Source of the DNA: the human T2T-CHM13v2.0 reference genome, Homo sapiens
Direction: 5' to 3' (one strand)
Assembly: GCF_009914755.1 (NCBI RefSeq)
Contig: NC_060928.1
Length of the DNA stretch: 64,000 nucleotides
This document shows positions 1 through 14,050 of the stretch, one piece after another. Within the stretch, counting starts at the first letter, position 1. The number at the start of each line of letters is the position of its first letter. The notes under the pieces were generated by a model. The model had not been told where the DNA came from. It saw only the letters and a program-made list of their open reading frames with translations, and ran no database searches. A program made the position numbers and the translations under genes.

Positions 1-747
1 ATCAGGGGAGCAAGTTTCTTTATTTAGGAAGAGAGCTAGGAGAACTTCCTGGACTGCTAAAAAAAAATAGCTGAGTTCACCAAAACATCTGAATCATTCT
101 TGTTTTAAACATAACCAGAGTTCAGTCAGAATCCCAGTATTTTGTTAATTGGTATATTCTTATAGACACTTTTATCCATGTTTTACTAGGTGTGAGTTTA
201 AAGTAAGACCTTTAAAAAAAATTACACCAAGTTAACATAGAATGATTATTTTTCAAATTTTTTTTTTGGAAGAGGAAGTCATACTCTAATGTAAAATAGT
301 CTTCAAATATTTAAAAGCCTTTTGGACTTTTGTATATAAATGCTTTCAAAACCAGTTTGTGAGTTTTACATTAGAATTATTCTTATTAATTTATAAAATC
401 ATAATAAATTTTATTGTCTGTGGTCAAATGTTTTATCATTAGCATTTGTCTTAACAGGAAAAATGGAAAGTTATTCAATATATAGAGACAAAAAAATTTC
501 AAAAGTCTTTAGGGGTCAGATCAGTACAAAATTAACAAACAATATTTTACTCTGTAACTGCATGCAATTCCATTAAATGGAATACTTGCTATAAAGAATA
601 GAGTGGCAATAAATCCTTAAGAGTATGAGATTTGGCACACATTTCAAAATAAAATTTATGTTTTTTGTGAAAATGCTGAAAGATTTATTTTCAATTTTGT
701 TTTATGATATATATTTTGTCTCCATGACCAATGAGTTGGGTGTCCTC

Positions 748-757
748 TTGGAGATTT

Positions 758-789
<32 letters not shown>

Positions 790-1118
790 TGAGATATATA
801 ATCTTGGAGACGATATATATATCTTGGAGATATATAATCTTGGAGACGATATATATATCTTGGAGATATATAATCTTGGAGACGATATATATATCTTGGA
901 GATATATAATCTTGGAGACGATATATATATCTTGGAGATATATAATCTTGGAGACGATATATATATCTTGGAGATATATAATCTTGGAGACGATATATAT
1001 ATCTTGGAGATATATAATCTTGGAGATGATATATATATATCTTGGAGATATATAATCTTGGAGATGATATATATATCTTGGAGATATATAATATTGGAGA
1101 TTTTATATATATATATAT
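748..1118. repeat. 36-bp minisatellite (GAGATATATAATCTTG + GAGACGATATATATATCTTG)n with flanking (TA)n tracts
   Basis: About 8 tandem copies read directly; overlapping ORFs show the matching 12-aa periodicity (IYISSPRLYISK). Confidence 0.95.
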
Positions 1119-3839
1119 GTGCCATATTTATGCAGGCAAAAATACTCGATTATAACAAAAAATGTGGACTTTGATCATTCTGTGTGACTGGGAAGTAATG
1201 TGCTCTGGTCACCATTTCCTCCTCCTTCAGCCTTTAGATAGACAAGGATTACTTCAACTTAGTTTACTAGATACCCCAAAGGCACCAGGTCTGGGGAAGT
1301 TATTCTCAACCTTCCTGTAATTTTCAGGGTCTTTTTTTGTGTCTTTGCTAATTAGCTTAGGACAACCTTCAAGGAAGTTGTTTTGTTTCATCTTCATTTT
1401 TGCCAACAGTGCTGTTTGGGTTCTGAGGCGGATAGAGAAAAGTCCCCCTGAGAAGGAAAGGCATGGGTTTGGGCACAAAAACAACAGCAGCAACAGCATC
1501 TAGTCAGCTCATGTCTTCTTGGCTTTTGGTAAGGAGAGTAACAGAAATATGCCCTCCCAAGCACAGTGAAGAAAAAAAAAAGTTCTTCTCTAGACCTTCC
1601 CAGAGGGGTAATGTTTCTGTTAAGAATTTTGGAAAGATGAGTAGGACCCAGCAGAAGGTCAGGTGAGAGCAGAGAGAAAAGAAATCCAAGCCAGGGTAAC
1701 ACTGTGTAAAATGCAGCCATTCAGGAACTGAAAGCAGCTCATTGTGGATAAAGACTGGGGTGTTGGGCTAGGAAATTTCCTGGTTTTAAAGGAATTTGTA
1801 TTTCACAATGTAAATTATAGAGTCCATTTGAAATAGATAATTGATATGAATAGGCTGCAGTTTTGAAGAATCAGTCTTGGAGTTAGAGTATAGATATGGG
1901 CAGATGTGATCAGAAGCAGGGATGAGAACCAGCAATATTCCACGTGAGAAAAGCAGGAGAGTTGAGCTTATGCAGGAGCAGTGAGAACAGAACAAAAGTT
2001 GTCATAATCTATTGGAAGTGAGAATTGAGAGAGAAGAAGGAGTTCTTCATATTGTACCAAGAAAAATCTTTGCAAAAGTTAGTTATGATAATCCACTCAC
2101 CTTGCTTAAAATGCCTTCATTGCCTTCATGTTCTTCTTAGACAAAAAGATAAAATTCCTTATCTACCTTTGCATCTCTAGTACTTATTATATAGTAGACA
2201 CTAAAGAAGTACAAATATTTTGCATCCCATCTCCTCCCTTTCCTATGAGTATGTGCCATTTAAGTTGAGCTATTTTGCCCCTTGAGGGTGGAGAGGGATT
2301 TTAAAGAAGACAAACTGAGGTTATTGTCAGGGGCAGAGCTGGAAGCAGCATTTGGGACTCACAGTGCCAATCTTGATGTACATTATCCAAATAAGATAGC
2401 TAAGATAAAATTCTCAATAAGCTATACATTTTGATACAAATATAAAAATTATTTTTATGCTTTTTTGCACATTTTACACTTGCTGAGTTGGTTCTCAGTC
2501 TTTGGTTGAATGTTAATAAGTATTTTGAGGGTCAGATATGCAAATCTTATCTCAGCATAACTGCAATCTAAGACTGTTTATTATTTTAAAGGACCTTTTT
2601 CATATAAGCAAAACTCAGGAGTATTTTTGAGTGTAAAATTTTGTCAAGATCATCTATTTCTATAAATGCATGCCTTGAGGTCTTTTTCTGAGCATAGTTA
2701 ACCCATTTGGGATAAACATGCTTAAAATAAAATGGTCTTACATCAAATAAATATTGACACGCTTTTTAAGGTCATTTGACACAAGGCTAGAATATTAACA
2801 GAATATTGATGCATGTGTTTTCACCAATAACTAGAATTAAAATTCACTGCATTCATTTTATTATATAAATCTCAAGTATTAAGAAATCATATTAACTCAT
2901 TTTGAGTTTTCATAGTCATTGTTATACCCTAAGCATCTAGTACAGGTACATAAGCTATTCACATACAATGTTTATAAGATGTTTTTCATATCCCATTTTT
3001 AAAAATAAACTTGAGGACCTAAGATGATAAAACAGAAGATTCTTTCAGGCTATTATAAATCTCTGCATGTTTCATTCTTTCTTTTCTATACTATGCTTCA
3101 CAGGTAATAAAGGAAACAAAGAGAATGAGAATTGGGTTTGGAAAGGCAAAATTAGAGAGGAAAAATGGTTTTTATTATTGAGATAGATGATGGATTTACA
3201 GAGGCAGGACAAAAGATCCAGTCATTCTTCTAATGAATATTTTTGTTCCACATCAAAGCACAAATATGTTCCAGGGTTTGTTCATGAGTGGGTATTCATT
3301 ATGATGAGAGATATTTCTTCTTGGGTGCCAAATAGCAGGGAATACACTTTATCCCAATTTAAAGCTAAACCCATATTTTGTTTATTTAAAGAGAGCTGGC
3401 AATACCTTCATATCCCACAGAATAATCTCTTAGTTTCTAGCTTCTAAGGGGCAATCCCAAATTTTCTCTCTATCTCAGAGGAGGATTTGGCTAAAATTAA
3501 TTTTAATAAACTATTTCCTAGTTTTGGTCAGTGCATGTGTGTTTGTGTATGTGTGCGCACACCTGTGTTAGAAGGGAGGTTGTTCAATTAAAAAGAGTTA
3601 ACACTTATGATTGCTTGATAAGGGGCAAAGTGGATCTAGCATCTTCAGTTTCTGAAATGAAATAATTAAGATGATCCCTCTATAAGATGATCCACTCTTT
3701 TTCCAAATTCACTCATGATCACTCTTGCAGTGCCTGCTTCCTAAAGCCACCTTGGGGTCTGCTTTGCTGTCGTTGCTCTCTTTGCACTGGCAGTTCCTTC
3801 CATCTTTTCTCTCCTTCTTTTATTTAAAAGAGTGTTCCT

Positions 3840-4140
<301 letters not shown>

Positions 4141-4284
4141 GAGTGTTCCCAAACCAAAACACCAAGTTCAAAAAGATTGCCGCCATAGTCAAGGACAGGT
4201 CATAAAGCTTTCAAATGAGGATGTCAATTTAAGAAAATATAACAAATAAATTAGATACCAATAGATTCAAAATTTTATAGATAA

Positions 4285-5477
4285 TAGGTAGTCAGAATGC
4301 CCCCCCAGTTGTGTGATTGCCCTAATCCTGGAAACCTGTGACTGTGTTACATGACCTGGCAAAGGGACTTTGCAGGTTGTATTAGTTAGGGTTCTCTAGA
4401 GGGACAGAACCAATAGGATATATGTATATATGAAAGTGAGTTTATTTGGGAGAACTGGCTCACATGATTACAAGGCAAAGTCCCCCAATAGGCTGTCTGC
4501 CAGCAGGGAAGAGAGAAGCCAGTAAGTGGTTCTGTTGGAGGCCGAAAGCCTCAAAACCAAGGAAGCCAGTAGTGCAGCCTTTAGTCTGTGATTGAAGGCC
4601 TGAGAACCCCCGAGAAGCTGCTGGTGCAAGTCCCAAAGGTGGAAGAACCTGGAGTCTGATGTCCAAGGGCAGGAAGAATGGAAGCAAGTGTCCAGCATGG
4701 TAAGAAGAAGGCAGCCAGCCAGTCTCACCTTCTTCTGTCTGCTTTGTTCTAGCCATGCTGGCAGCCTGTTGGATGGTACTCACCCACATTGAGGGTGGGT
4801 CTTCCTCTCCCCACCCATGACTCAAATGTCAATCTCTTCTGACAACACCCTCACAGACACACCCAGAAACAATACTTTACCAGTTATCTAGGCATCCTTC
4901 AATCCAATCAAGTTGACACCTAATATTAACCATCACACAGATTAATTAGAGATAAATTAAAATAGAGAGGTTATACTGGATTATTTATCTGGGCCCAATC
5001 TAATTGCATGAGCCCTTAAAAGCAGAGTACTCTCTCTGGCTGGAATTAGAGAGATGCAGCAGAAGGAAAAAAATCAGAGGGATGAGAAATGTGGGAAACA
5101 CTTGACCCCATGAGTCTGTTCCTGGAGGGGGTCAAATGGAAAGCAGGAGAAGAAATGTGGAAAGCAGGAGAAGAAATGTGGACAGCCTCTGAGAGCAAAG
5201 ATGAGCCCCTGGATGACAGTCAGCACAGAAACGAGAGCCTCAGCCCTCAACCACAAGGTACTGAATTGAACAATCCACCTATATGAACTTCGGAGAGGAT
5301 TCTTCTCCACGACATCCAATCAGGAACGCAGCCCTCCTGACATCATAATTTGGGTTTTGTGGAATCCAAAGAAGAGAAAGCCTACCCAGACTTCCAACCT
5401 ACGGAAGCTGTGAGATAAAACATTTTGGGTTGTTTTAAGCCATTAAGTTTGTTTTGGCAGCATAGAAAAGTAACATA
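4285..5477 (+). mobile_element. MLT1 (MLT1E-like) MaLR solo LTR, interrupted by MLT2B
   Basis: CCTAATCC...GGCAAAGGGACTTTGCAG 5' part resumes at 4943 and ends with TGTTTTAAGCCA...; contains a 21-bp tandem duplication at 5137-5178. Confidence 0.75.
4378..4937 (-). mobile_element. MLT2B (HERV-L) solo LTR
   Basis: TGTATTAGTTAGGGTTCTCTAGAGGGACAGAAC...AATATTAACCATCACA termini; 5-bp TSD CAGGT/CAGAT. Confidence 0.85.
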
Positions 5478-6409
5478 TAGAGATATGGATTCTAATCAGA
5501 AGTTCTATTTTTACCACTAAAGGTTAAAACATACTTGGGGTAGCCTTTTCTCAACGTTTTACTTTCTTTTTATCAGGAGGGTTTAGTCAGGACAAAAGAA
5601 ACCATTGCAGGTATTTCAAGCAGGAAAGATTTAACACAACATACTAGGCACTTTATAAACAGAAAACAAAAAAAAGCGTTGAGGAAACAAAAGTCAGGAA
5701 AACTGCCTCACAAAATATGGAAGTTGAAAGAATCACAGGGAATCACCACTGATGATCTCAGTTATCTGTGGCATCACAATAAGTGATCATCAGCAGAATG
5801 TCCGGAAGCCACTGGTAAAATTTCATGTCTGCAGTATTCCTGCCTTGCCCTGCGGGAAGAAGAATAATGGCTTCTTCCTCGGTTCTGCTTTCCAAATCTC
5901 ATGTGACTGCCTCTCACTGGTGGAAGCTAACTCAGATCCCAGGCTTCCAGCCCCTGTACTACAGAGAAGAGCACAGAAGGAGAAATATGGCCCCGAGGGG
6001 CTAGCATATTCCTCTATCTCATTGTTCCCATTGCATTGATACCCATAGGCAGAAAATTAAGCAAGGAAAAAAAAAGGCAAGAAAAGAAAAGGAACACCAG
6101 CCACCAAAGCACTTAGCGATTTCAGATTCAGACATTTACAAAGTGAAATTGCAAAAGAGTTTCAATTCTTCTTTGCAAGCTCCATTCTACCTGGATGAGT
6201 GCCATCACCCTGTCAGGATATTTTTTCTGTGTTTATACAGAATCATGGAATGCTAGCAGCTATACCTTAATTCTTTCCTTTTCAATTTTGCTCTTTTTAC
6301 AAAGGAATGGAAAGTCTATTGAGGTTACTGAATACTCCAAGTCAAGATAGCTAGTTAGTAACTAAACAGGGTTAAGGTCTTTTGAAGTCTTTCTCATTTC
6401 CCAACTCAC

Positions 6410-6890
6410 TGTCAAGGTCTACAGAGTCTGAGATTTGATACTACTTGCAGACTAACAAGTTTGCCTGCCACTGTTTTGTGGATACTGGCAGAAGACACAG
6501 GACTCTTGGGTCAGAGACAAAAGACTTCAGCACTCATGGGATTGAAGTTAGCCTGCTACTGTTTTGTGGATACTGGCAGAAGACACAAGACTCTTGGGTC
6601 AGAGACAAAGGATTTCAGTATTCATGGGACAACAGTGGCCAGAGCAGATACTATACATCCTGTAGGTTTGCATCACAGTCAAGGAAGAGTAAGTTTGAAT
6701 AATTAACTGGTTTTTTTCAGCAAATGGAAGCAAGCTTGTTCTTTGTCTGGTGAGACACCTTACCTCAATCCTCAAGGTTGCTCACTGCAAATATAAATCT
6801 CAGCAATGGCCCAACTAAAGGGCCTTGCATTCTTGGCATAACAGCAAGAATATGCAGCTGAAGGACAAAGGCAAATTGCGTTTCCCGACA
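6410..6890 (-). mobile_element. LTR40-like ERVL solo LTR with an internal 88-bp tandem duplication
   Basis: Reverse strand begins TGTCGGGAAAC...TATGCCAAGAATGCAAGGCCC and ends ...CTTGACA; 5-bp TSD CTCAC/CCCAC. Confidence 0.65.
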
Positions 6891-6949
6891 CCCACCAAGA
6901 AAGGGAGGACTGGAGTTATAATTAAAAGTTATAATTAAAAGTATTTCAT

Positions 6950-7820
6950 ATTTACTACATGCAAAATAGTATGTTTAATATACTATTGTACATGCTATAT
7001 GTACATGCTATTCTATTTCTGAAATTTGTCTACAAGTCTGCATGTTGTTATAGTTCACTTTTCACTACTATATAGCATTGCATTAGGTGAATATGTAACA
7101 GTTTATTAATCCAGTCTTCTGCCGAACAGTTGAGCTGATTTGCAGTCTTTTTCCATTATGCTACTATAAATATTTTTGCATATATTTCCTGCTACCTATG
7201 TTTAGAAGTTTCCCTAGAGTATGTGATTAGGTGTGAAATTACTTGATTATTGAGGCTAAAAATAACTATGTATTTATTCACAATTTGTGTTTTCTTGTCT
7301 GTGAATTCCCCATTCATATCCTTTGCCCATTTTTTGATTGGGTTGCTTGTCTTTTTAAATTTATTAAGAGTTCATAATTTCATCATGGATTCATAGTTAA
7401 AACCAAATCTCTTAGTAATAGAAAGTAACACTTTTAATTCCCCATCCACCCAAAATGGGGGGGTATCTATAAAAAAAAACTCTGATTTCTTGAGGCCAGG
7501 AGTTTGAGAATAGCCTGGGCAATATAGCAAGACCCCATCCCTAAAAGACAAAAAAGAACCCTATAATTTCTAATATTATTTTAATGGCAATATAATAAAA
7601 GCATTTTCTTTAAAGGGACTAAACAAGGATGCTCTGTGTCATGGTTTCTATTAACTATTGTATTGGAAGTCTTACCCACATCAATAAGGCAAGAAATTCA
7701 AATAAGATATAAAGAGATAGAAAGTAGAACGAAAATGGTCATTAGTCACAGATAATTGTCTAATTATAAAAGCCAAAATTATTTGTGGAAAAATTATTAG
7801 AAATGGTAAGATGAATCACA
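6950..7820. mobile_element. Old L1M fragments plus a short Alu monomer fragment (~7490-7550)
   Basis: Degenerate L1 3'/ORF2 motifs (TCCTTTGCCCATTTTTTGATTGGGTTG; AAACAAGGATGC...ATTGTATTGGAAGTC); GAGGCCAGGAGTTTGAGAATAGCCTGGGC. Confidence 0.55.
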
Positions 7821-8409
7821 TTTGTAGGTTTTTTGTTTTGTTTTTCTATGAGACCACTTCTATGTGTATTTGATGATCTTTTATTGTGATCTCTCATGCT
7901 TGGCTGGTTTTAATCTGTGGACACTCTGGAGGCCTAAGTTGACAATTCTTTCCACCAGTGAGTATTTATATTTGCTTCTCACTGGAGTCAGGGAACACCA
8001 CAGATCCGGGACCACTTTAGTTACCTTCGGGGTTTCAGGTTAGAACCTGAACCACTGATTAAGCTCCTTGAAGTGGTTGCTGGCAAGAGGCTTAGTTTTC
8101 TTTTTGCAATGCTGACGTTGATTTTGCCCTCAGACAACACACTCCTTACATGTTAGCTTACATTTAATGTGCTGGTTGCAGTTTCAGCTTTTTTTTTTTT
8201 TTCCAGGGAGAGGGTAGTGGTGATAAGAGATTTTTCTTACTTCCTATTAGCTAAGCAACATGTTAAAAAGTATGTTTTATACAGAATCTAATTGCTTTGT
8301 ATTGGAAGGGATTTTTTAAAAACATTGTTTTTCATTTGGCCCCATTGTTTTTTTTAAAGTCACCCTTACAGTTTGAAATTTCTTGTCTTGTGGACTACCA
8401 AAAATCAAG

Positions 8410-8875
8410 GTGTGGCCAGCACTTCTGGTTTCCTACTTAATATCAATTTTTCCATTTCTTCCTAATAACAGAACTCCAATTTTATTCTGGCTTGAAGTGT
8501 CCAGCTAAAAAAAACCTCCATTTGCCAGTCTTTCTGGCAGCTAGGCATGCTCATGTAACTCAATTCTGGTCAATTATCTGAGGCCATAGTCCTTTGCCTG
8601 AAGTTTCAGGAAAACTTCTTGACAGAGGTTGACTTTGTTTTTGTGTGTCCTTTTGTCCTTTCTTCCCTTCCTCAATTTTCTTGCCTAAAAGGTTAGTTAA
8701 CTGTGATTATGATTGAGAGCATGGTAAAAGAATCCCAAAGACTTCAGTACTAAAGTTCTTGCATCACTGTCCTTGTCTTGGACTTCTTGTATATGAAAGA
8801 AAAACCACCTTGTTGAATCCATCATTAATTAGGTTTTCAGTTACATATATTTGGATGCATTTTCTGACTGATATA
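8410..8875. mobile_element. Old MLT1-family MaLR LTR
   Basis: Resembles MLT1I/J/K consensus (AACAGAACTCCAATTTTATT; GCAGCTAGG...CATGTAACTCAATTCTGG); heavily diverged. Confidence 0.45.
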
Positions 8876-10413
8876 TTTGGTATCTGATTTTGATGTAATG
8901 TTTACTTAGTGTCTAAATAACTTTAAGTAGGTTTTCAAAAAAAATCACAGTAGCAAATCACATTTATTTTATATGTTTGATAATTTAAAGTGTTTGGCTT
9001 TATTGTGGTTAATTACAGAAGCAGATGGTATTAGATACACCTACGCTTGCTATTTCAAGAAAACCTCATTGAAGCTATAATTTGATCTCATTCTAAGGAA
9101 AATGAAAGTATAATTTAAGTCAATAATTATTATCTGATAGTAGATATTTTTCATGATGAACACATCTTACATTCCCAGTTAGAAAATGATCTGATTCAAT
9201 TTATAATAATGCCCTATTATTTCTTCCAAGTACAACCATTAATGTACTTTAATTCGTATTATGTTGAGTCTGCTTTAAAAGCACTAAGGGTTATTTATAC
9301 ATTGTTTTTCCACTTGTTGCTAAGAAGGAAAGTAATAGAATTGACTATCCCTTAACTATTTCATTTATTTTAACTTACTTTGTTTTTTTTTTGGAGATCT
9401 GGTAACTATTGTCATCCAGATGGCCATACTGGATAAAACTCACATTCCATATTCAAAATTAACAGTAAATGACTTTTCAGGTTTGGAAGATAGGGCAGTT
9501 TGACTTTGCTATATAATCTTTACTGTCAATATTTTAATCAACTGAAAAAACCTCATTCCATCTCAAGTTCTATCCTCAGGCAGAGTTGTAATAATCATTC
9601 CTAAAGTGAAGGAAAGAATTTAATAGAAGAATAGAATTTAACTAAAAGAAATAAATAGAAGAGGAAACTAGAAAAAAGTGGATGCTTTCTCCACTTTGAG
9701 TTGAGGCTTCACGGGATAACCTTGAACTACTCAATCTGATTTAAATGTCTCACTTCAGTGCTTCCAGAGTTCCAGGTGCTACCAAGACAATATCTCACTG
9801 AATAATCTGGAGGACCCACTGGAGACCACTGGATGACTATAGGCTCAAGGAGCAGGCAGGCAGGATTAAAAGGTAAATAGTAGGCTAAACCATGAGCAGG
9901 GGGCTGTGGATCTCCAACAGCCGGGTAGCAACAAAAGGAACTTAGCACTTAATGTTTCCCATGTGCCAGGCACTGTGCTAGGTGTTTTATATGTATCATC
10001 ATACTTAATCCTCTCAGTAAACCTAGGAAGAAGGGACTTAGTAACTGCATACCGAAGACATCAAACTTTATGGATATTCTTGAGCCTCTTCAGCTTCCTC
10101 TTATCTGTTGTTCTTATTCCACTGCAGAATACAGCAGTGAAGACCTTCAAATCAAACAAACTAAACATATGCTTGAAGGTGGGCTTGTGGGTAGGAATTC
10201 GCTTGTGGTGTTTTTTATCTTTGATTTTTCCCACCCTACTTAGATACAAAGACAACACAGAAAACCATTCCTACTAGCTTCTTCTGTGTGGCAAGATTTT
10301 TTTCTAACTTTGTTTCTACACTGAGGCTGTTGTTCACTGTTGGTCCCAGCTTTATGCAAGAGTCTCCAACACAGCCTCCTACTCTTCTTGGCCACAGGGC
10401 CTCTGTCTCCAGC

Positions 10414-11081
<668 letters not shown>

Positions 11082-12664
11082 TGAGAGGTGAAAACATGCT
11101 GGCAGCCCTTGCTCTCTCTCAACGCCTCCTTGGCCTCGTTGAGGAGCCCTTCAGCCGGCCGCTGCCCTATGGGAGCCCCTCTCTGGGCTGGCTGAGGCCA
11201 GAGCCTGCTCCCTCTGCTTGCAGGGAGGTGTGGAGGGAGAGGCGTGGGCGGGAACTGGGGCTGCGCCTGGCGATCACGGGCCAGTGCAAGTTCTGGGTGG
11301 GCGCTGGCTCGGCAGGCCCACCGGCCCACCTGGCAGGCAGTGCACTCGGAGCTGCAGGCTGGCGCCACCGCCCCGGGCAGTGAGGGGCTTAGCACCCTGG
11401 CCAGCAGCTGCGGAGGAGGCGCTGGGTCCCCCAACACTGCCGGACGGCCTGTGAAGAGCTCAAATTCTCACCAGGCATCAGCCACCTCCCCCGGGGCAGT
11501 GCTCGGGACCTGCAGCCTGCCATGCCTGAGCCCCCTGCGGTGGGCTCCCACGCAGCCCTAGCCTCCCCGACAGGCGCCACCCCATGCTCCGCCGTCTCCA
11601 GTCCCATCCACCGCCCAAGGGCTGAAGAGTGCAGGCACCCAGCTCAAGACTGATGGGCAGCTCCACCCGCGGCCCCAGCGTGGGATCCACTAGGGAAGCC
11701 AGCTGGGCTCCTGAGTCTGGTGGGGACTTGGAGAACTTTTATGTCTAGCTGGAGGATTGTAGAGGCACCAATCAGCACTCTGTGTCTAGCTCAAGGTTTG
11801 TAAATGCACCAATCAGTGCTCTGTGTCTAGCTAATCTAGTGGGGACATGGAGAACTTTTGTGTCTAGCTAAAGGATTGTAAATGCACCAATCAGCACTCT
11901 GTATCTAGCTAATCTAGTAGGGATTTGGAGAACCTTTATGTCTAGCTAAAGGATTGTAAATACACCAATCAGCACTCTGTGTCTAGCTCAAGGTTTGTAA
12001 ACACACCAATCAGCACCCTGTGTCTCGCTCAAGGTTTGTAAACGCATCAATCAGTGCTCTGTGTCTAGTTAATCTGGTGAGGACTTGGAGAGCTTTTATG
12101 TCTAGCTAGAGGATTGCAAATGCACCAATCAGCACCCTGTCAAAACGGACCAATCAGCTTTCTGTAAAACGGACCAATCAGCTCTCTGTAAAATGGGCCC
12201 ATCAGCAGGATGTGGGTGGGGTTAGATAAGGGAATAAAAGCAGGCTGCCTGAGCCAGCAGTGGCAACCTGCTGGGGTCCCTTGCACGCTGTGGGAAGTTT
12301 GTTCTTTCGCTCTTTGCAATAAATCTTGCTGCTGCACACTTTTTGGGTCCGCGCCGCTTTTATGAGCTGTAGCTGTAACACTCACTATGAAGGTGCAAGA
12401 CCACGAACCCACCGGGAGGAATGAACAACTCCAGACGCGCTGCCTTAAGAGCTGTAAAACTCACAGCAAAGGTCTGCAGCTTCACTCCTGAAGCCAGCGA
12501 GACCACAAACCCACCAGAAGGAAGAAACTCCGAACATGTCCGAACATCAGAAGGAACAAACTCTGGACACACCGTCTTTAAGAACTGTAACACTCACTGC
12601 GAGTGTCCGCAGCTTCATAGTTGAAGTCAGCAGCGAGTCCAAGAACCCACCAATTCCGGACACA
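11082..12664 (+). mobile_element. LTR12 (ERV9) solo LTR, ~1.58 kb
   Basis: TGAGAGGTG...CAATTCCGGACACA termini, 4-bp TSD ATAT (11078-81 / 12665-68), GC-rich U3, tandem CACCAATCAGC enhancer repeats, GGAATAAAAGC TATA-like element at ~12231. Confidence 0.93.
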
Positions 12665-13644
12665 ATATTATCAGTGTACAAATTTCTCAGTAGAATCCAA
12701 GTTCTAGTTCACTGGGGATTTTCAGATGGTCCCAGCCAAATGCCAGCTCCAGAGCTTGCTTACTGTGTGGATTCCTACTTACTGAGTCCTTCTGGTCTCC
12801 TTGAACTTTTACCATTTTCCTGCCACTTTGGTCATGCACTGGAAAATGTCTTTGATCTCTTTGCTTTTGTTTTGTTTTATCCAGTGTTATGTGTGCTCTA
12901 TTGTTACAGAATTTCTCCAGACATCTTACCAGAAATAGAGATCTGGACTTTGTTGAGGAAATGTACTTGACAGATAATTTGGAGGTCATGTTACAAACAC
13001 TTAGGGATTAGACTGATAGGTTAGAAAGATGAAAGTGTCTGGATTGACTCCAAGATTTCTGGCTTCAACAGATGAATTAGTGCCCTTTGTTCATTGAGTT
13101 AAGACAGCAAGAAAGAGGCATCAGTTTTGGGGGAATGATGATGTATTCAGTTTTGAAAACCCATTTTGTCAACAGATGAAACTAATTTTCAGCTTTCTAT
13201 TTGTAAACTGAAGAAATAACTATTTTACAATAGAGTTTTTATTGATATTAAATGTAGTAATGAATGTGAAAACCTTAGTAATCTATAAAGGGCTATGCAG
13301 GTATTGGAAACTTAGAAATCCTTCTCCTTTCCCCAAAGCTAATTGGTAAAAAGAGGTACTCAGAGTCTTCCTTATGATATATAGGTCCAGTGGATAATAG
13401 GGTGTGATAACTAGGATAAAAAGGAGAAATAAGTTGCTAGACAGTTATGAGCAATATAAGGTTTTCCCAAAATATACAAACCATTTGTTAAAAGATCATT
13501 TATCAGTCTAAACGTGATGCTTTAAAGGTACTGAGATGAAATCTATTATGCAGTTATTTTACGAACCACAATTATTATTTGTGGAGTGCTCAAAAGATGG
13601 ACAACATAGGTGTCTGGATTTAGGAAGTGCTTTTATGAGCTAGA

Positions 13645-14050
13645 AGTTTTTTAAAATTTTATTGTGGCAAGAATGCTTAACAGAAGGGCTGCCCTCTAAA
13701 CAGATTTTTAAGCGCACAGCACAGTATTGTCATTTCTAGGAACAATGCTGTAGGTCTGTAGAACTTATTTATCTTGCGTAACTGAATTTTTTTGCCGATT
13801 AGCCCCTCTCCATTTCCCCTTTACTCGCAGACGCTGGCAACCACCATTCCACTCTCTGCTCCTATGAGTTTGACTATTTTAGATACCCACATATAAGTGG
13901 AAGCTTGTAGTATTTGTCCTGTGTCTGGCTTATTTCCCTCAGCATAATGTTCTTAAGTGTTCTTCAGGTTGTTGTGTATGTCAGGAATTATTTATTTAAT
14001 AAAAAGAAGAAATTCCTCCTTTTTAGAGGCTGAAGAATATTGCATTATAT
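13645..14050 (-). mobile_element. L1MA/MB 3' end
   Basis: GCAACCACCATTCCACTCTCTGCT...TTTGACTATTTTAGATACC...ATAAGTGG is typical L1MA/MB 3'UTR. Confidence 0.7.

Noticed and set aside
748-1118. CRISPR-like regular repeat pattern
   Set aside because: There are no unique spacers and the context is eukaryotic; this is a simple tandem repeat.
731-1174. Repetitive ORFs of 147, 122 and 88 aa (e.g. EIYNLGDDIYIL repeats)
   Set aside because: Translation artefacts of the stop-free 36-bp minisatellite; no promoter or splice context.
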